Origin: Acidimicrobiales bacterium
GTDB lineage: Bacteria; Actinomycetota; Acidimicrobiia; Acidimicrobiales; Aldehydirespiratoraceae
Direction: 5' to 3'
Assembly: GCA_965200005.1 (NCBI GenBank)
Contig: OZ241331.1
Span: 2,747,862 to 2,811,861, forward strand
Length of the DNA: 64,000 nucleotides
How positions within the stretch are numbered: position 1 is the first letter of the stretch; the number at the start of each line of letters is the position of its first letter. Positions 9,339-20,764 of this stretch are shown one piece after another. Below the pieces are notes generated by a model, which saw only the letters and a list, made by a program, of their open reading frames with translations, ran no database searches and was not told where the DNA came from. Made by a program: the position numbers and the translations under genes.

Positions 9339-9740
9339 CTAAGCAAAGTATGAAGTCAGACCATTCGCCAGGTATTCGGGTGTGCGGGTTGGTTTGCCTG
9401 CGGAGTCACAGATTGCGGCTCGCACAATCTGGTTGGCCACGAGTTGATCGCCCTTGTACATCCGCTGGCGCCAGCGTGACGACGCTCGGCGCATCTCCAA
9501 CACGTCAGTACGAACCTCGACCACATCACCGGCATGAACCGACCGCAGAAACGATGTCTCGATGCGATTCACCACGAAGCGGCAACCCCGCTGATCAAGG
9601 CTCTCGAGATCGAGCCCAGCCTCTTCAAGCAACTCAATCCGTGCCGTCTCGAAATACTGGACAAACACGGAATGGTTGAGGTGGCCATACGGGTCAAGTT
9701 CGTAGAAGCGAACCTTCACCTTGCAACGATGCGCTGCCAT
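9339..9740 (-). CDS. acyl-CoA thioesterase, YbgC/4HBT (hotdog) family
   Basis: VRFYELDPYGHLNHSVFVQYFETARIELLEEAG is the typical 4HBT N-terminus. 133 aa. Confidence 0.8.
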   Translation of the reverse strand: MAAHRCKVKVRFYELDPYGHLNHSVFVQYFETARIELLEEAGLDLESLDQRGCRFVVNRIETSFLRSVHAGDVVEVRTDVLEMRRASSRWRQRMYKGDQLVANQIVRAAICDSAGKPTRTPEYLANGLTSYFA

Positions 9741-9753
9741 CTAGCTTTCCCAG

Positions 9754-10061
9754 CTAGCCAGGCGTCGGTTGAGCCAAACAACCCGTAAGGCCCAGGACGG
9801 CGTATACCTCGGTGCCGGGTTCCACATACGGCCCGAAACACAGGGCCGCTTGACGCACGGCCTCGGGACTGGTGCGGCGTGCTATCTCGCCCTCCCAAGC
9901 GGTGATCTGAGCGTCAAGCTCATCTGCAGTCTGTTCGGCCTCGACACGTTGCCTGTTCTGATCAAACCAGGTGCGCACCGATGAGGCACCCAGAAACGCT
10001 GCCGCCACGAACAACCCGAGCACCAGCACAACGCCCAGTGCAACCTTCGTTAAGCGACGCA

Positions 10062-10062
<1 letters not shown>
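9754..10062 (-). CDS. ftsB: septum formation initiator family protein (FtsB/DivIC-like)
   Basis: N-terminal TM helix, a coiled-coil segment, then a conserved C-terminal part (PEAVRQAALCFGPYVEPGTEVYAV). ATGA overlap with the eno stop. Conserved position after eno. Confidence 0.75.
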
Positions 10063-11534
<1,472 letters not shown>

Positions 11535-12362
11535 CTACAGCGCCTGTTCCTGGCGGTCCTCGCCTTGCTTGCGTTGCTGGTGTTGCTCGCGTTGCTCGAG
11601 TTCCTTGCGACGAAAGCCCGCTTCGGCACGCTCAGTAGCGCCTCGCAGGGCATCCTCAGGATCAAGCGAGAGACGGCGAGCTACATCCACCACCGAAACC
11701 AACACCTCGCCCAGTAACTCTTCGCTCGGCTCAGTAGCGAGGCGTGCGAGATCAACCGCCGCTTGCTCACAAACAGCACCCGTCGCAGAGTCACTTGTCA
11801 ACCCGGCTGCACCGGCACGCTTAAGCACCTTGACGCTTCGAAGCAATGCCGGCAGGGTCGCAGAGATGCCGTCCATCGTGGACTGGCGCCCCTTTTCTGC
11901 TTGCTTGATCACATCCCAGCGAGAACGGACCTCATCAGCGTTGGCTGCCTCTACATCGCCAAACACGTGCGGGTGACGACCGACAAGCTTGTCATGCACA
12001 CTCCGTGCGACGTCACCCAGAGTGAAGGCGTCACGCTCAGCAGCCAGCAAAGACTGGAACCACACCTGATAGAGCAAGTCGCCGAGCTCTTCGCAGAGCC
12101 GCTCATCAAGATCGGCCGACGCAGCTTCAAGATCACCCGACACTGCACCAGCGTCCATAGAGCCCGTCGTCGATGGATCAACCTCGCTGGCCACGACCGC
12201 CATCTCGTCGAGAACCTCAAGGGTCTCGTAAGTCTCCTCTAGTAGGTGGCGCCGCAGCGATACATGAGTTTGTTCGCGATCCCAGGGACATTCCGCCCGT
12301 AACACCCGTACCAGCGTGTCAAAGCGCGCCAGTTCAGCAACCAGGGAGTCCGAGTTGCTCAT
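11535..12362 (-). CDS. mazG: nucleoside triphosphate pyrophosphohydrolase MazG
   Basis: RVLRAECPWDREQTHVSLRRHLLEETYETLEVLDE and a second MazG repeat (HPHVFG). Conserved position between mfd and eno. Confidence 0.9.
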   Translation of the reverse strand: MSNSDSLVAELARFDTLVRVLRAECPWDREQTHVSLRRHLLEETYETLEVLDEMAVVASEVDPSTTGSMDAGAVSGDLEAASADLDERLCEELGDLLYQVWFQSLLAAERDAFTLGDVARSVHDKLVGRHPHVFGDVEAANADEVRSRWDVIKQAEKGRQSTMDGISATLPALLRSVKVLKRAGAAGLTSDSATGAVCEQAAVDLARLATEPSEELLGEVLVSVVDVARRLSLDPEDALRGATERAEAGFRRKELEQREQHQQRKQGEDRQEQAL

Positions 12363-12368
12363 GTGGGC

Positions 12369-13337
12369 CTAACTGGGTGCCTCAAGCACGACCTGCATCT
12401 GCTCGGGATGCCAGTACCCGTAGCGTTCATTCACCTTCACACGATCGAGCCACTCCTGGGCCACAACTTCCTCGGTGGCCGACACGAACTCCTCAAGATG
12501 GAGCTGCGCCCTCGCCTCTTCCAGCGTGGTCACCTGGTGGAAAGCTTCATGCAGCATCTCTGATAGCGCAGCCTCATCAAGTTGCGGATGATGCTCTGGG
12601 GTCGCCGGGCCGTTGCTGTGAACCTCGATCACATGGAAGCCAAATGAACTCTGGGCAACCACCAGCTCGCCGGCCTCCGCTGCGTACCCCGCCTGTTCGA
12701 AGGGCTCCACAAAAGTGCCTTCCACTACGCATCCAAGCTCGCCACCAACTGCGGCACTGGACTCATCGAGCGAGAACTCCAATGCCAGAGCCTCAAACAC
12801 TTCACCCGCACCTAAACGAGCGATTACCTCCTCGACCTGATCAGGCGTCCCCACCAGGATGTGGCGAGAACACAGATGACGCAGCTCCTCGGGATCGAGA
12901 TCCTCAGCCCTCGCTTGCGCCAGTGCCCACTCATTGACAGCGGCCACGATCGCTTGCTGGTGAACCAAGACATCACTTCCGGCTGCATCGGGATCAAAAG
13001 TGGGATCACCTGTCGTCATCCGCGACAACGCATCCGTCTCGTGCTGTGCAGTCACCGACACGCCCCGGTCGGCCATCGCCTGCTCGAACAGGGAGAAGTA
13101 GATCCAGAAGTTGAGCCAGTTGGCGGCCTCGGTTCGATCTGCTGTCGGGTTGCCCTCAGGGGTAGCTAGATACTCGTTGAGATCTTCAACGCTGTAGCTC
13201 ACATCTCCGACCTGTGCCGCAAACTCGCCGTCCTGGCTACAAGCGGCCAACCCGACCGATGCCGCTACCGCGAGCAATATCCACCTAAACACTCTTGAAG
13301 CCAAACTCAGGCGTCGCGCAGATCGCTGTTCGGTCAC
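12369..13337 (-). CDS. peptidylprolyl isomerase, parvulin (PpiC/SurA-like) lipoprotein
   Basis: Signal peptide with lipobox LAAC. Parvulin domain CSRHILV...FGFHVIEV. Confidence 0.8.
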   Translation of the reverse strand: MTEQRSARRLSLASRVFRWILLAVAASVGLAACSQDGEFAAQVGDVSYSVEDLNEYLATPEGNPTADRTEAANWLNFWIYFSLFEQAMADRGVSVTAQHETDALSRMTTGDPTFDPDAAGSDVLVHQQAIVAAVNEWALAQARAEDLDPEELRHLCSRHILVGTPDQVEEVIARLGAGEVFEALALEFSLDESSAAVGGELGCVVEGTFVEPFEQAGYAAEAGELVVAQSSFGFHVIEVHSNGPATPEHHPQLDEAALSEMLHEAFHQVTTLEEARAQLHLEEFVSATEEVVAQEWLDRVKVNERYGYWHPEQMQVVLEAPS

Positions 13338-16300
13338 GAGTTCGCAACCCTAGTCGTTGCCTTCGGTGGTGCCGTCTGCGGCACTGCGATCACCTGATCC
13401 ACCAACTCGATGAGTTGCTTGACGATCGGCCCAGCGGACTGCTTCAGCGGAACAACCACCTGAGCCAGTGCCTCCTTATAGATGGCGCCAGGGCCATACA
13501 AGCGCCGCAGCCGCACCTGGCGACTCGCCGGCAACCGCACCGGAGCCAGCCAAGCCTGGTATTGGATCCCGGTGAGCACTCCTCCACCCCGTCGCGTGGC
13601 GCTCACCTCCGTGAGTCCAACTTCGAGGCATTTGACCCGAAGTCTCGCTATAGCCAGCAGTTGCTCAGCCGGCTCAGGGGGTGGCCCAAAGCGATCACTC
13701 CACTCCGCACGTATGTCTTCAACGTCTGACATCTCAGTCACAGCAGCAAGCCGCCGGTAAGCCTCAAGACGTGACGCCTCGCGGGCCATGAACTCCGTCG
13801 GTAAGTGGGCATTGCCGGGAATGTCAAGCTTCACTTCAGCAACCGGCTTGGTGGTCTCGCCTTTGAGTTCTGCGACGGCTTCGAGCACCAGCTGGCAGTA
13901 CAGGTCATAGCCAACCGCTGCGATGTGCCCCGACTGAGCCTCTCCCAAGAGGTTGCCCGCACCCCTGATCTCAAGGTCACGCATGGCTATCCGGTAACCC
14001 GAACCCAGCGCCGTTGACTCACCGATCGTCTTGAGCCGCTCATATGCCTGCTCGCTCAACACCCGATCTTGTGGATGTAACAGGTAGGCGTAAGCCCTGC
14101 GCCCCGAACGCCCGACACGACCACGGATCTGATGCAGCTGACCCAAACCCAACCGGTCAGCCCGATCAACAACCAAGGTGTTCACAGTTGGCATATCGAT
14201 GCCGGACTCAATGATCGTCGTGCAGACCAGCACGTCATATTCGTGATCTGCGAAGTCGAGCACGACCCGCTCGAGCGTTCCCTCATCCATCTGCCCGTGC
14301 GCCACGGCGATGCGCGCCTCGGGAACGAGTGACTGAAGACGTGCAGCAACATGATGGATATCAAAGACACGGTTGTGAACAAAGAACACCTGCCCATCAC
14401 GCAACAGTTCACGCCGGATCGCTTCGGCAATCGGACGATCTTCGTGGTCGCCGACATAGGTCAGGATCGGCTGGCGATCAGCAGGCGGGGTGTGCAGTAG
14501 CGACATGTCACGGATCCCCGTGAGGCTCATCTCCATGGTGCGAGGCACCGGCGTGGCGGTGAGGGTCAACACGTCAACTTCTGATCGCAACGACTTGATC
14601 GCCTCTTTGTGACGCACACCAAAGCGCTGCTCCTCGTCAACTACCAGAAGGCCCAACCGCCGGAAGCGCACATCTTTGGAGAGCAACCGGTGAGTTCCGA
14701 CCACCACATCGACCTCGCCCGAGGCCAGTCCCGCTACTACCTGTCGTGCCTGGCGCACCGTCAGGAAGCGGCTCAGCATCTCAACGCGCACCGGGAACGG
14801 GGCGTACCGTTCGGTGAGTGTCTGGGTGTGCTGGTGGGCGAGCAGCGTCGTCGGAACCAGGATTGCCACTTGCTTGCCGCCCTGCACGGCTTTGAACGCG
14901 GCCCGCACCGCGATCTCGGTCTTGCCGAAACCGACATCTCCGACCACAAGGCGATCCATCGGCACGGCGCGTTCCATGTCGGCCTTCACGTCTTCAAGAG
15001 CACGGAGCTGGTCACGAGTCTCGACGTACTCGAAGGCGTCTTCAAGCTCGCGCTGCCACGGGGTGTCAGGATCACAAGCCCAGCCTTGAGACGACATGCG
15101 CTGCTGGTACAGCACCACTAGCTCCTGAGCTACCTCCGAGACGGCGCTTCGAACCCGGCTGCGAGCAGCCGCCCAATCCGAGCCACCCATACGTGACAAC
15201 TTGGGGCTCTCGCCGCCCGTGTAATGGCGGATCGAGTCAACCTGATCCGACGGCACATACAGCTTGTCATGCCCGCGGTACGCGAGCAGCAGATACTCGC
15301 GCTCATGTCCCCCGATCCGGCGCTTGACCATCCCCTCAAAGCGAGCCACGCCATGCTGGTGATGAACCACATAGCGGCCTGGCTCCAAGTCTTCAAAGAA
15401 GCGGCGCTGATCACGTGAGCGGGTGCGTGCAGGGCGGTGCGTGACCCGGCGCCCGGTGATGTCGCTCTCCGACAGCAACACCAGCTTGAGGTCGCTAAAG
15501 GCTGCGCCTTGCCGCAGGGGTGCGATCTGTGTCTCGGGGGTGATGCCGTGATTGTTGAGCAGGCCCTCGAGGCGCTTGCCGGTGGCAGCATCCGGTGCGC
15601 AAAGCAGCACCCGGTAGCCCTGGCCCATCAACTGTTGGAGCTGTCGTGCCCGAGGCTCGGGGCTGCCACGCATACGGTGCCAACCCGTTGCTGGCAGCAC
15701 CTCGATGTCTGGTGAGCCTGCGACGGTGGGCATGAGCCACACTGGCTGAGCAGACATGGCGCCCTCAGAGTCCTTAGAACCCTTAGACCCCTTAGAGCTC
15801 TTAGTACCTGCGAGCAAACCGTCAAGAGTGGCGTTCAGTTTGGGCACACTCTCGGCGTCTGCGTTCCAGGTTCGGGCCAAAACGGCTGCTAGATCGGCTT
15901 CATCGGCGACAAGTTCGGCGCCACGCTGTGCGATCCGCTTCGGTTCCATCAAGATCACAGCAGCCTCTTCGGGCAACAGATCCACGACCATGGCCGGCTC
16001 CTGCACCAGCCACGGCCACCAAGACTCCATCCCCTCAAACAGTTCCCCGGCCCGCAACCGCTGCCACTGCTTGATACCCCAAGGCTCAGAGTGCATAAGT
16101 TCGCCAGCACGTTGGCGCAACGCATCATCGACTCGTAGCTCGCGCGCCGGATACAACTCGACTCGCTCAACATCAGCGGTTGATCGCTGGTCACCCACCG
16201 AGAACGAGGTGAGCCGGTCGATCTCATCGTCCCAGAGGTCGATACGCAGCGGGCCCTGAGCGGTCGAGGGATAGACGTCGACGATCGAGCCACGAACCGC

Positions 16301-16858
16301 CATCTCGCCAATGTGTTCGACCTGGTGTTCGCGCTGGTATCCGAAGGCAACCAGCTGCTCGATGAGTTGCTGCTGGTCGATGATGTCACCCAAGGCGATC
16401 TCGATCGGTGCAGCAATGTTTGAGACATCGACCTGTTGCGCCACGGCACGGGCCGAGGCGACGAGCACCGCCGGGCAGCGTTCAGGATCGCTGAGCCGGT
16501 GCAACACACGACAGCGCCGACCCATCGTTGCCACGGCAGGACTGACGCGCTCAAATGGCAGTGTTTCCCAGGCCGGCAACCGATCAACGTTGTTTGCCCC
16601 AAGGAAGCATCTCAGGTCAGCGGTAAGTGCTTCAGCTTCGGGGCGGGTGGCGGTTACAGCAAGCAGGCAGCGTCGGCGGGAACCACGGCTGAGACCTGCG
16701 ATGGCCGCGGCACGACCCGCCTCCGATACCGCCAACGTCGCTGTCTGGTGACTCAGCAACGCGTCTAGCGATGGTTGCGATGCAAGAGTGGGCAGCAGCT
16801 CGCTCAACGGGCCCTGAGCGCTGCTCGCGCGTTGATTCTTGTCGTTGATCGCAGACAT
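13334..16858 (-). CDS. mfd: transcription-repair coupling factor
   Basis: 1174 aa. Helicase motifs GDVGFGKTE and VVDEEQRFG, a CarD-like RNAP-interaction domain and a TRG motif region. Confidence 0.97.
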   Translation of the reverse strand: MSAINDKNQRASSAQGPLSELLPTLASQPSLDALLSHQTATLAVSEAGRAAAIAGLSRGSRRRCLLAVTATRPEAEALTADLRCFLGANNVDRLPAWETLPFERVSPAVATMGRRCRVLHRLSDPERCPAVLVASARAVAQQVDVSNIAAPIEIALGDIIDQQQLIEQLVAFGYQREHQVEHIGEMAVRGSIVDVYPSTAQGPLRIDLWDDEIDRLTSFSVGDQRSTADVERVELYPARELRVDDALRQRAGELMHSEPWGIKQWQRLRAGELFEGMESWWPWLVQEPAMVVDLLPEEAAVILMEPKRIAQRGAELVADEADLAAVLARTWNADAESVPKLNATLDGLLAGTKSSKGSKGSKDSEGAMSAQPVWLMPTVAGSPDIEVLPATGWHRMRGSPEPRARQLQQLMGQGYRVLLCAPDAATGKRLEGLLNNHGITPETQIAPLRQGAAFSDLKLVLLSESDITGRRVTHRPARTRSRDQRRFFEDLEPGRYVVHHQHGVARFEGMVKRRIGGHEREYLLLAYRGHDKLYVPSDQVDSIRHYTGGESPKLSRMGGSDWAAARSRVRSAVSEVAQELVVLYQQRMSSQGWACDPDTPWQRELEDAFEYVETRDQLRALEDVKADMERAVPMDRLVVGDVGFGKTEIAVRAAFKAVQGGKQVAILVPTTLLAHQHTQTLTERYAPFPVRVEMLSRFLTVRQARQVVAGLASGEVDVVVGTHRLLSKDVRFRRLGLLVVDEEQRFGVRHKEAIKSLRSEVDVLTLTATPVPRTMEMSLTGIRDMSLLHTPPADRQPILTYVGDHEDRPIAEAIRRELLRDGQVFFVHNRVFDIHHVAARLQSLVPEARIAVAHGQMDEGTLERVVLDFADHEYDVLVCTTIIESGIDMPTVNTLVVDRADRLGLGQLHQIRGRVGRSGRRAYAYLLHPQDRVLSEQAYERLKTIGESTALGSGYRIAMRDLEIRGAGNLLGEAQSGHIAAVGYDLYCQLVLEAVAELKGETTKPVAEVKLDIPGNAHLPTEFMAREASRLEAYRRLAAVTEMSDVEDIRAEWSDRFGPPPEPAEQLLAIARLRVKCLEVGLTEVSATRRGGGVLTGIQYQAWLAPVRLPASRQVRLRRLYGPGAIYKEALAQVVVPLKQSAGPIVKQLIELVDQVIAVPQTAPPKATTRVANS

Positions 16859-16886
16859 CCGGAGTGTGACGGTTCTAGGACTACGG

Positions 16887-17519
16887 CTAGGAAGCGCCGG
16901 ATGCGACGTAGCCGTTGAAGCGGTTCATCGCCCGATCAAGGCCAGCAGTTGCCAGGCACTCGATCGCATCCGCGGCACGCTCGGTCACTTCGCTGAGCGT
17001 GGCACGTTCCGCAGCTCCGGGACGTTTCAGTACATAGTCGCCGCCGCGTGGCTTGAACGACGGTTTGCCAATGCCAACACGCAAGCGCGTGAACGAGGTT
17101 GTGCGCAGATGTGAACGGATCGACTCCAGCCCGTTGTGACCCGCCGTGCCGCCCCCAGACTTGAGTTTCAGCCGGCCCACGGGCAGGTCAAGTTCGTCGT
17201 GAACGATCACTAGCTTGCTCAGATCTCCGATCCCGTAACGTCGCTTCAGCGGTGCAATCGCTCGGCCTGATTCGTTCATGAAGACGAGGGGCACCGCCGC
17301 GACGACCCGAACTCCCTCGAAGCTGAGTTCCGCTACTCGCAAGACATCTCGGCGTGACCGTCGCCGCAGATTCGCGCCATGACGACCGACTAGTTCTTCG
17401 ATTACCCAAACTCCGGCGTTGTGTCTAGTGCGTGCGTACTTGGGGGTTGGGTTACCGAGCCCAACGACCAACAGGTCAACGCTTGTCGTAGCTACTTTGC
17501 GTCGTCTTGGGGGTGCCAT
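16887..17519 (-). CDS. pth: aminoacyl-tRNA (peptidyl-tRNA) hydrolase
   Basis: LVVGLGNPTPKYARTRHNAG N-terminal signature with GHNG later. Confidence 0.93.
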   Translation of the reverse strand: MAPPRRRKVATTSVDLLVVGLGNPTPKYARTRHNAGVWVIEELVGRHGANLRRRSRRDVLRVAELSFEGVRVVAAVPLVFMNESGRAIAPLKRRYGIGDLSKLVIVHDELDLPVGRLKLKSGGGTAGHNGLESIRSHLRTTSFTRLRVGIGKPSFKPRGGDYVLKRPGAAERATLSEVTERAADAIECLATAGLDRAMNRFNGYVASGAS

Positions 17520-17587
17520 GATGATGCTCCGACGCCCAGTCTGCTAAATGGGCCGAGCCTTCCAGCCCAGAAACAGAGACTGCGGCT

Positions 17588-18220
17588 CTAGAGCTCGGCA
17601 AGGATGTCTTCAGGATCCTCGCCTTCTTCCTCTTCTTTGAGCTCACGCAGGTATTCCTTGGTGGAGCGTGTGATCAGCCCAACAGCGAAAGGTGCGTCCG
17701 GGTCGCCAGAGGCCGTGACGCCTGCAGGCAGACTGATGTCAGCGACACGCAACGACTCGCCAACTTCAAGCTCGCTGACATCGGCATAGACCTCGGCAGG
17801 GATGTCGGCTGGCTTGGCGAGCAGTGTCACATAATGCAGCACCTGATCGACCATCCCACTTGCGAGCGTCACCTTCTTGGGTTCACCGGTAAGGATCAGA
17901 GGTACTTCGGTCTCGACTTCGTTCTGCTCATCAATCCTTAAGAAGTCAACATGAAGAACGCTGCGACGCACGGGGTGGCGCTGCAGATCCTTAACGAGGC
18001 ACAGTTGCTCTTTGCCGTCGACTTGCAGAGCAATCAGAGCGTTCAGGCCAGCGTCTGTGCTAAGGGCAACCCGCAGATCTCCAAGCTCAACGCTGACAAC
18101 CTCAGGCTCAGCCCCGAGACCATAAACCACAGCAGGCACCCGGCTCTGATTCCGCAAACGCCGGCTAGCTCGGCTACCGGTAGCGCGCCCGGTCTCAGCC
18201 CTCACAAGGTTCGTAGCCAC
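17588..18220 (-). CDS. rplY: 50S ribosomal protein L25/general stress protein Ctc
   Basis: RRLRNQSRVPAVVYG L25 N-domain plus a Ctc C-domain and acidic tail. Lies between prs and pth. Confidence 0.9.
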   Translation of the reverse strand: MATNLVRAETGRATGSRASRRLRNQSRVPAVVYGLGAEPEVVSVELGDLRVALSTDAGLNALIALQVDGKEQLCLVKDLQRHPVRRSVLHVDFLRIDEQNEVETEVPLILTGEPKKVTLASGMVDQVLHYVTLLAKPADIPAEVYADVSELEVGESLRVADISLPAGVTASGDPDAPFAVGLITRSTKEYLRELKEEEEGEDPEDILAEL

Positions 18221-18272
18221 GGGCGGCGATGCTAACGCAGCGCCCCAACAACTCCACGGCCCGACACGTGCG

Positions 18273-19256
18273 TCACATCAGGTTGTTGCCGCCAAAGATC
18301 TCGCTTACCGAGGTGTCTTCAAACACCGCTTCGATTGCTTGTGCCACGATCGGCGCCACCGAAACCACACGCAGATTTGCGAAGCGCTTTGACTCCGGGA
18401 GAGGCAGCGTGTCGGTACACACGACCGTGTCGATTGGTGACTTCTTGAGGCGCTCGACGGAAGGCCCTGAAAGCACAGCGTGAGTAGTAGCCGCGATGAC
18501 ACGCTTGGCCCGATTCTCGATGAGCAACTCGGCGGCGGCCATAATCGTGCCGCCGGTGTCGATCATGTCGTCCACGACCACACAAGTGCGGCCGGCGACC
18601 TCACCAATGATCTCTTTGGCGGTGATAGTGTGTTTGATCTTGTCGTCGCGGCGCTTGTGGACGATGGCAAGATCGGCGCGGAGCTGGTGGGTGTAACGCT
18701 CCGCAACCTTGACCCGGCCCGCGTCGGGCGACACGATTACCAGATCGTCCTCGCCGAGCGTCTTGAGATAGTCAACGAGCACAGGCATCGCGGTTAGGTG
18801 ATCGAGTGGCCCGTCAAAGAAGCCCTGGATCTGACCGGAGTGCAAGTCGACCGAGAGCAAGCGTTTGGCCCCTGCTGCGGAGAAGAGATCGGCTAGCAGT
18901 CGTGCCGAAATGGGTTCACGCCCGGAGGCCTTGCGATCCTGACGGGCATAGCCATAAAACGGCGCCACCACGGTGATGCGCTTAGCCGAGGCACGCTTGG
19001 CGGCATCAACCATGATCAACTGCTCAACGATGGCGTCGTTTATCGAGCCGCCTTCCCAGTGCGCATGTGACCCAAAGATGAAGGCATCGCAACCACGGAT
19101 CGACTCGCCATAACGCACGTGAACCTCGCCGTTGGCGAAGTTCTCAACCCAGGTAGTGCCCAACTCGACACCGAGTTCGTCACACACAGCCAGCGCGAAG
19201 TCGCGGCTAGAGCGCGCCGACACGATGCGCAATACCTTGTGGGTCTGCTGCTTCAT
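18273..19256 (-). CDS. prs: ribose-phosphate diphosphokinase
   Basis: VVAPFYGYARQDRK and the PRPP-binding loop VVDDMIDTGGT. Confidence 0.95.
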   Translation of the reverse strand: MKQQTHKVLRIVSARSSRDFALAVCDELGVELGTTWVENFANGEVHVRYGESIRGCDAFIFGSHAHWEGGSINDAIVEQLIMVDAAKRASAKRITVVAPFYGYARQDRKASGREPISARLLADLFSAAGAKRLLSVDLHSGQIQGFFDGPLDHLTAMPVLVDYLKTLGEDDLVIVSPDAGRVKVAERYTHQLRADLAIVHKRRDDKIKHTITAKEIIGEVAGRTCVVVDDMIDTGGTIMAAAELLIENRAKRVIAATTHAVLSGPSVERLKKSPIDTVVCTDTLPLPESKRFANLRVVSVAPIVAQAIEAVFEDTSVSEIFGGNNLM

Positions 19257-19341
19257 CGATCAGTGCTCCACACGTTGGCAACCACGAAGAGCAATGTCTA
19301 GCGCGTCACATCAAGCCGTGCGCGCACATCTTGCGGTGGTG

Positions 19342-19414
19342 CTGGCCGGGCAGGAATCGAACCTGCGACATCCGGAGCCAAAGTCCGACGTTCTGCCAAC
19401 TGAACTACCGGCCA
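19342..19414 (-). tRNA. tRNA-Gln (anticodon TTG)
   Basis: 73-nt cloverleaf read on the minus strand. Acceptor TGGCCGG/CCGGCCA, D-arm GTTC-AGTTGGCA-GAAC, anticodon stem TCGGA/TCCGG with loop CTTTGGC, T-arm GCAGG-TTCGATT-CCTGC, discriminator G. U1-A72 and G73 fit bacterial tRNA-Gln. CCA is not encoded. Confidence 0.93.
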
Positions 19415-19605
19415 AATTGCTGCCCGGTACCGCAACGACGTTGCCGGAAGTTCCGCTACCGAGCGCCACGAGCGTAACCCACTTCGGACCGTGACCGCGT
19501 CTCGCGTCTTGGTGGTGTTGATCTCGTGTCAACGACCGCTTGATCTGTCCGAACTTTCGATTCGACCGCGTGACCGGCGCTTGGCCGCGGTAGTGTTAGG
19601 TCTCC

Positions 19606-19698
19606 GTGGGATCACTGGTGAAAAAACGCCGCAAGCGCATGCGCAAGAAGAAGCACAAGAAGATGCTTCGGCGTACCCGGCATCAACGTCGCAAATAG
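19606..19698 (+). CDS. 30S ribosomal protein bS22 (actinobacteria-specific, 30 aa), absent from the ORF track because it is under 60 aa
   Basis: GTG GGA TCA CTG GTG AAA AAA CGC... translates to MGSLVKKRRKRMRKKKHKKMLRRTRHQRRK*. This closely resembles mycobacterial bS22 as I remember it ([33 protein letters not shown]). A strong hairpin follows. Confidence 0.8.
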   Translation: MGSLVKKRRKRMRKKKHKKMLRRTRHQRRK

Positions 19699-19751
19699 CC
19701 GCAAGTAATCGACCCTGCTAGAGCGCTGATTGCGAGGCGCTACTAGCAACT

Positions 19752-19778
19752 ACAAGAGCCCAAAATCTGGGCTCTTGT
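19752..19778. terminator. bidirectional hairpin between convergent bS22 and ispE (11-bp stem, 5-nt loop)
   Basis: acaagagccca / aaatc / tgggctcttgt read directly. Lies 54 nt after the bS22 stop and 28 nt after the ispE stop. Confidence 0.6.
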
Positions 19779-19805
19779 TCGCGTTCGGTGCCATGTCTGT
19801 GGCCG

Positions 19806-20651
19806 TCACAGACGCCGCGAACGAGGCATCGTCGATACGACCAGCCGGTTAGAGCCCGGGTGAGCGCCTTGCACGAACCAGGTACTGCCGCTTCCTGCAA
19901 GCCTTGGTGTCAGACCTGTGGCGTCCCCGAGATCGTCTCGCCAGCGTGCAAGTTCAGGTGCCACATAGACCGCTGCTGCTTCTAGATCGTTGCCGTTAGG
20001 TCCGATCGGGCCTCCCAATTTGTCCCAGGCGCGATACACGTTTGCTGTGGGGCAGTGAATCGGGGGGAGCACGAGCGTGTACTGCTCGTGCTCCCGGTAA
20101 GGCAACGGCTCGATGATCTCACCGATTCCGCTCACCCGTGATCGGCCACCTGCTAAGCAAAACGCAACATCGGCTCCAAGTCGTGCCGCAGCGACCTCGT
20201 CACTGAAGCCAGCCCAGCGCAGCACCGCTGCTGCATCAGTAGACCCTCCTCCGAGCCCGGCACCCATCGGTATCCGCTTGTACACCTTCACCGCAGCGCT
20301 TCGACCCGCGAGCCGCAGCGCTTTCGTGACGAGATTGTCACCAACCTTCGGTGCATCCCGGAACGGCTTGCCCGATTCGTCAAGCATCACCACATCAATC
20401 TGCGGGCGGGGATCTACCTGGGGTCCCGGGTCGCCCTCTAGTGCTTGGGAAGCGTCAACCGGCGCTTGCGGAGCGTCAAGTGGCTGTATCAACAGCCGAT
20501 CACACAAGTCAACGGAGACCATCTGGGCCTCTACTAGGTGGTATCCATCGGCCCGGACACCTGTTATGTGCAAGCTCAAGGTCAACTTCGCCGGAGCGAG
20601 CAACTCCGTCGGCTCCGTCGGCCGCCTCATAACGCTGACGCTACTTTGCAT
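19806..20651 (-). CDS. ispE: 4-(cytidine 5'-diphospho)-2-C-methyl-D-erythritol kinase
   Basis: APAKLTLSLHITGVRADGYH and GHMP kinase motif PMGAGLGGGSTDAAA. Confidence 0.9.
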   Translation of the reverse strand: MQSSVSVMRRPTEPTELLAPAKLTLSLHITGVRADGYHLVEAQMVSVDLCDRLLIQPLDAPQAPVDASQALEGDPGPQVDPRPQIDVVMLDESGKPFRDAPKVGDNLVTKALRLAGRSAAVKVYKRIPMGAGLGGGSTDAAAVLRWAGFSDEVAAARLGADVAFCLAGGRSRVSGIGEIIEPLPYREHEQYTLVLPPIHCPTANVYRAWDKLGGPIGPNGNDLEAAAVYVAPELARWRDDLGDATGLTPRLAGSGSTWFVQGAHPGSNRLVVSTMPRSRRL

Positions 20652-20764
20652 ACGGTTACAGTCCGGGCCGGTTTAGCTACAACGGCTCGACCACCGACAC
20701 GCTTCGGCACTCCGAGCGCGCGTCAAGTGGCCTAGAGCGGGTACAAGAAGTACAAGGAGGAAGC

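Noticed and set aside
15955-16602. Long antisense shadow ORFs inside large genes (for example 215 aa opposite mfd; also 1930..2457, 36313..36714, 44537..45160, 55685..56170)
   Set aside because: These are typical high-GC shadow frames. They are Arg/Pro/Ser/Cys-rich, fully nested in strongly supported genes, and have no independent signals.
19132-19532. ORFs of 120 aa (+) and 73 aa (-) in the prs-bS22 spacer
   Set aside because: Both overlap the tRNA-Gln gene, and neither has protein-like composition or an RBS.
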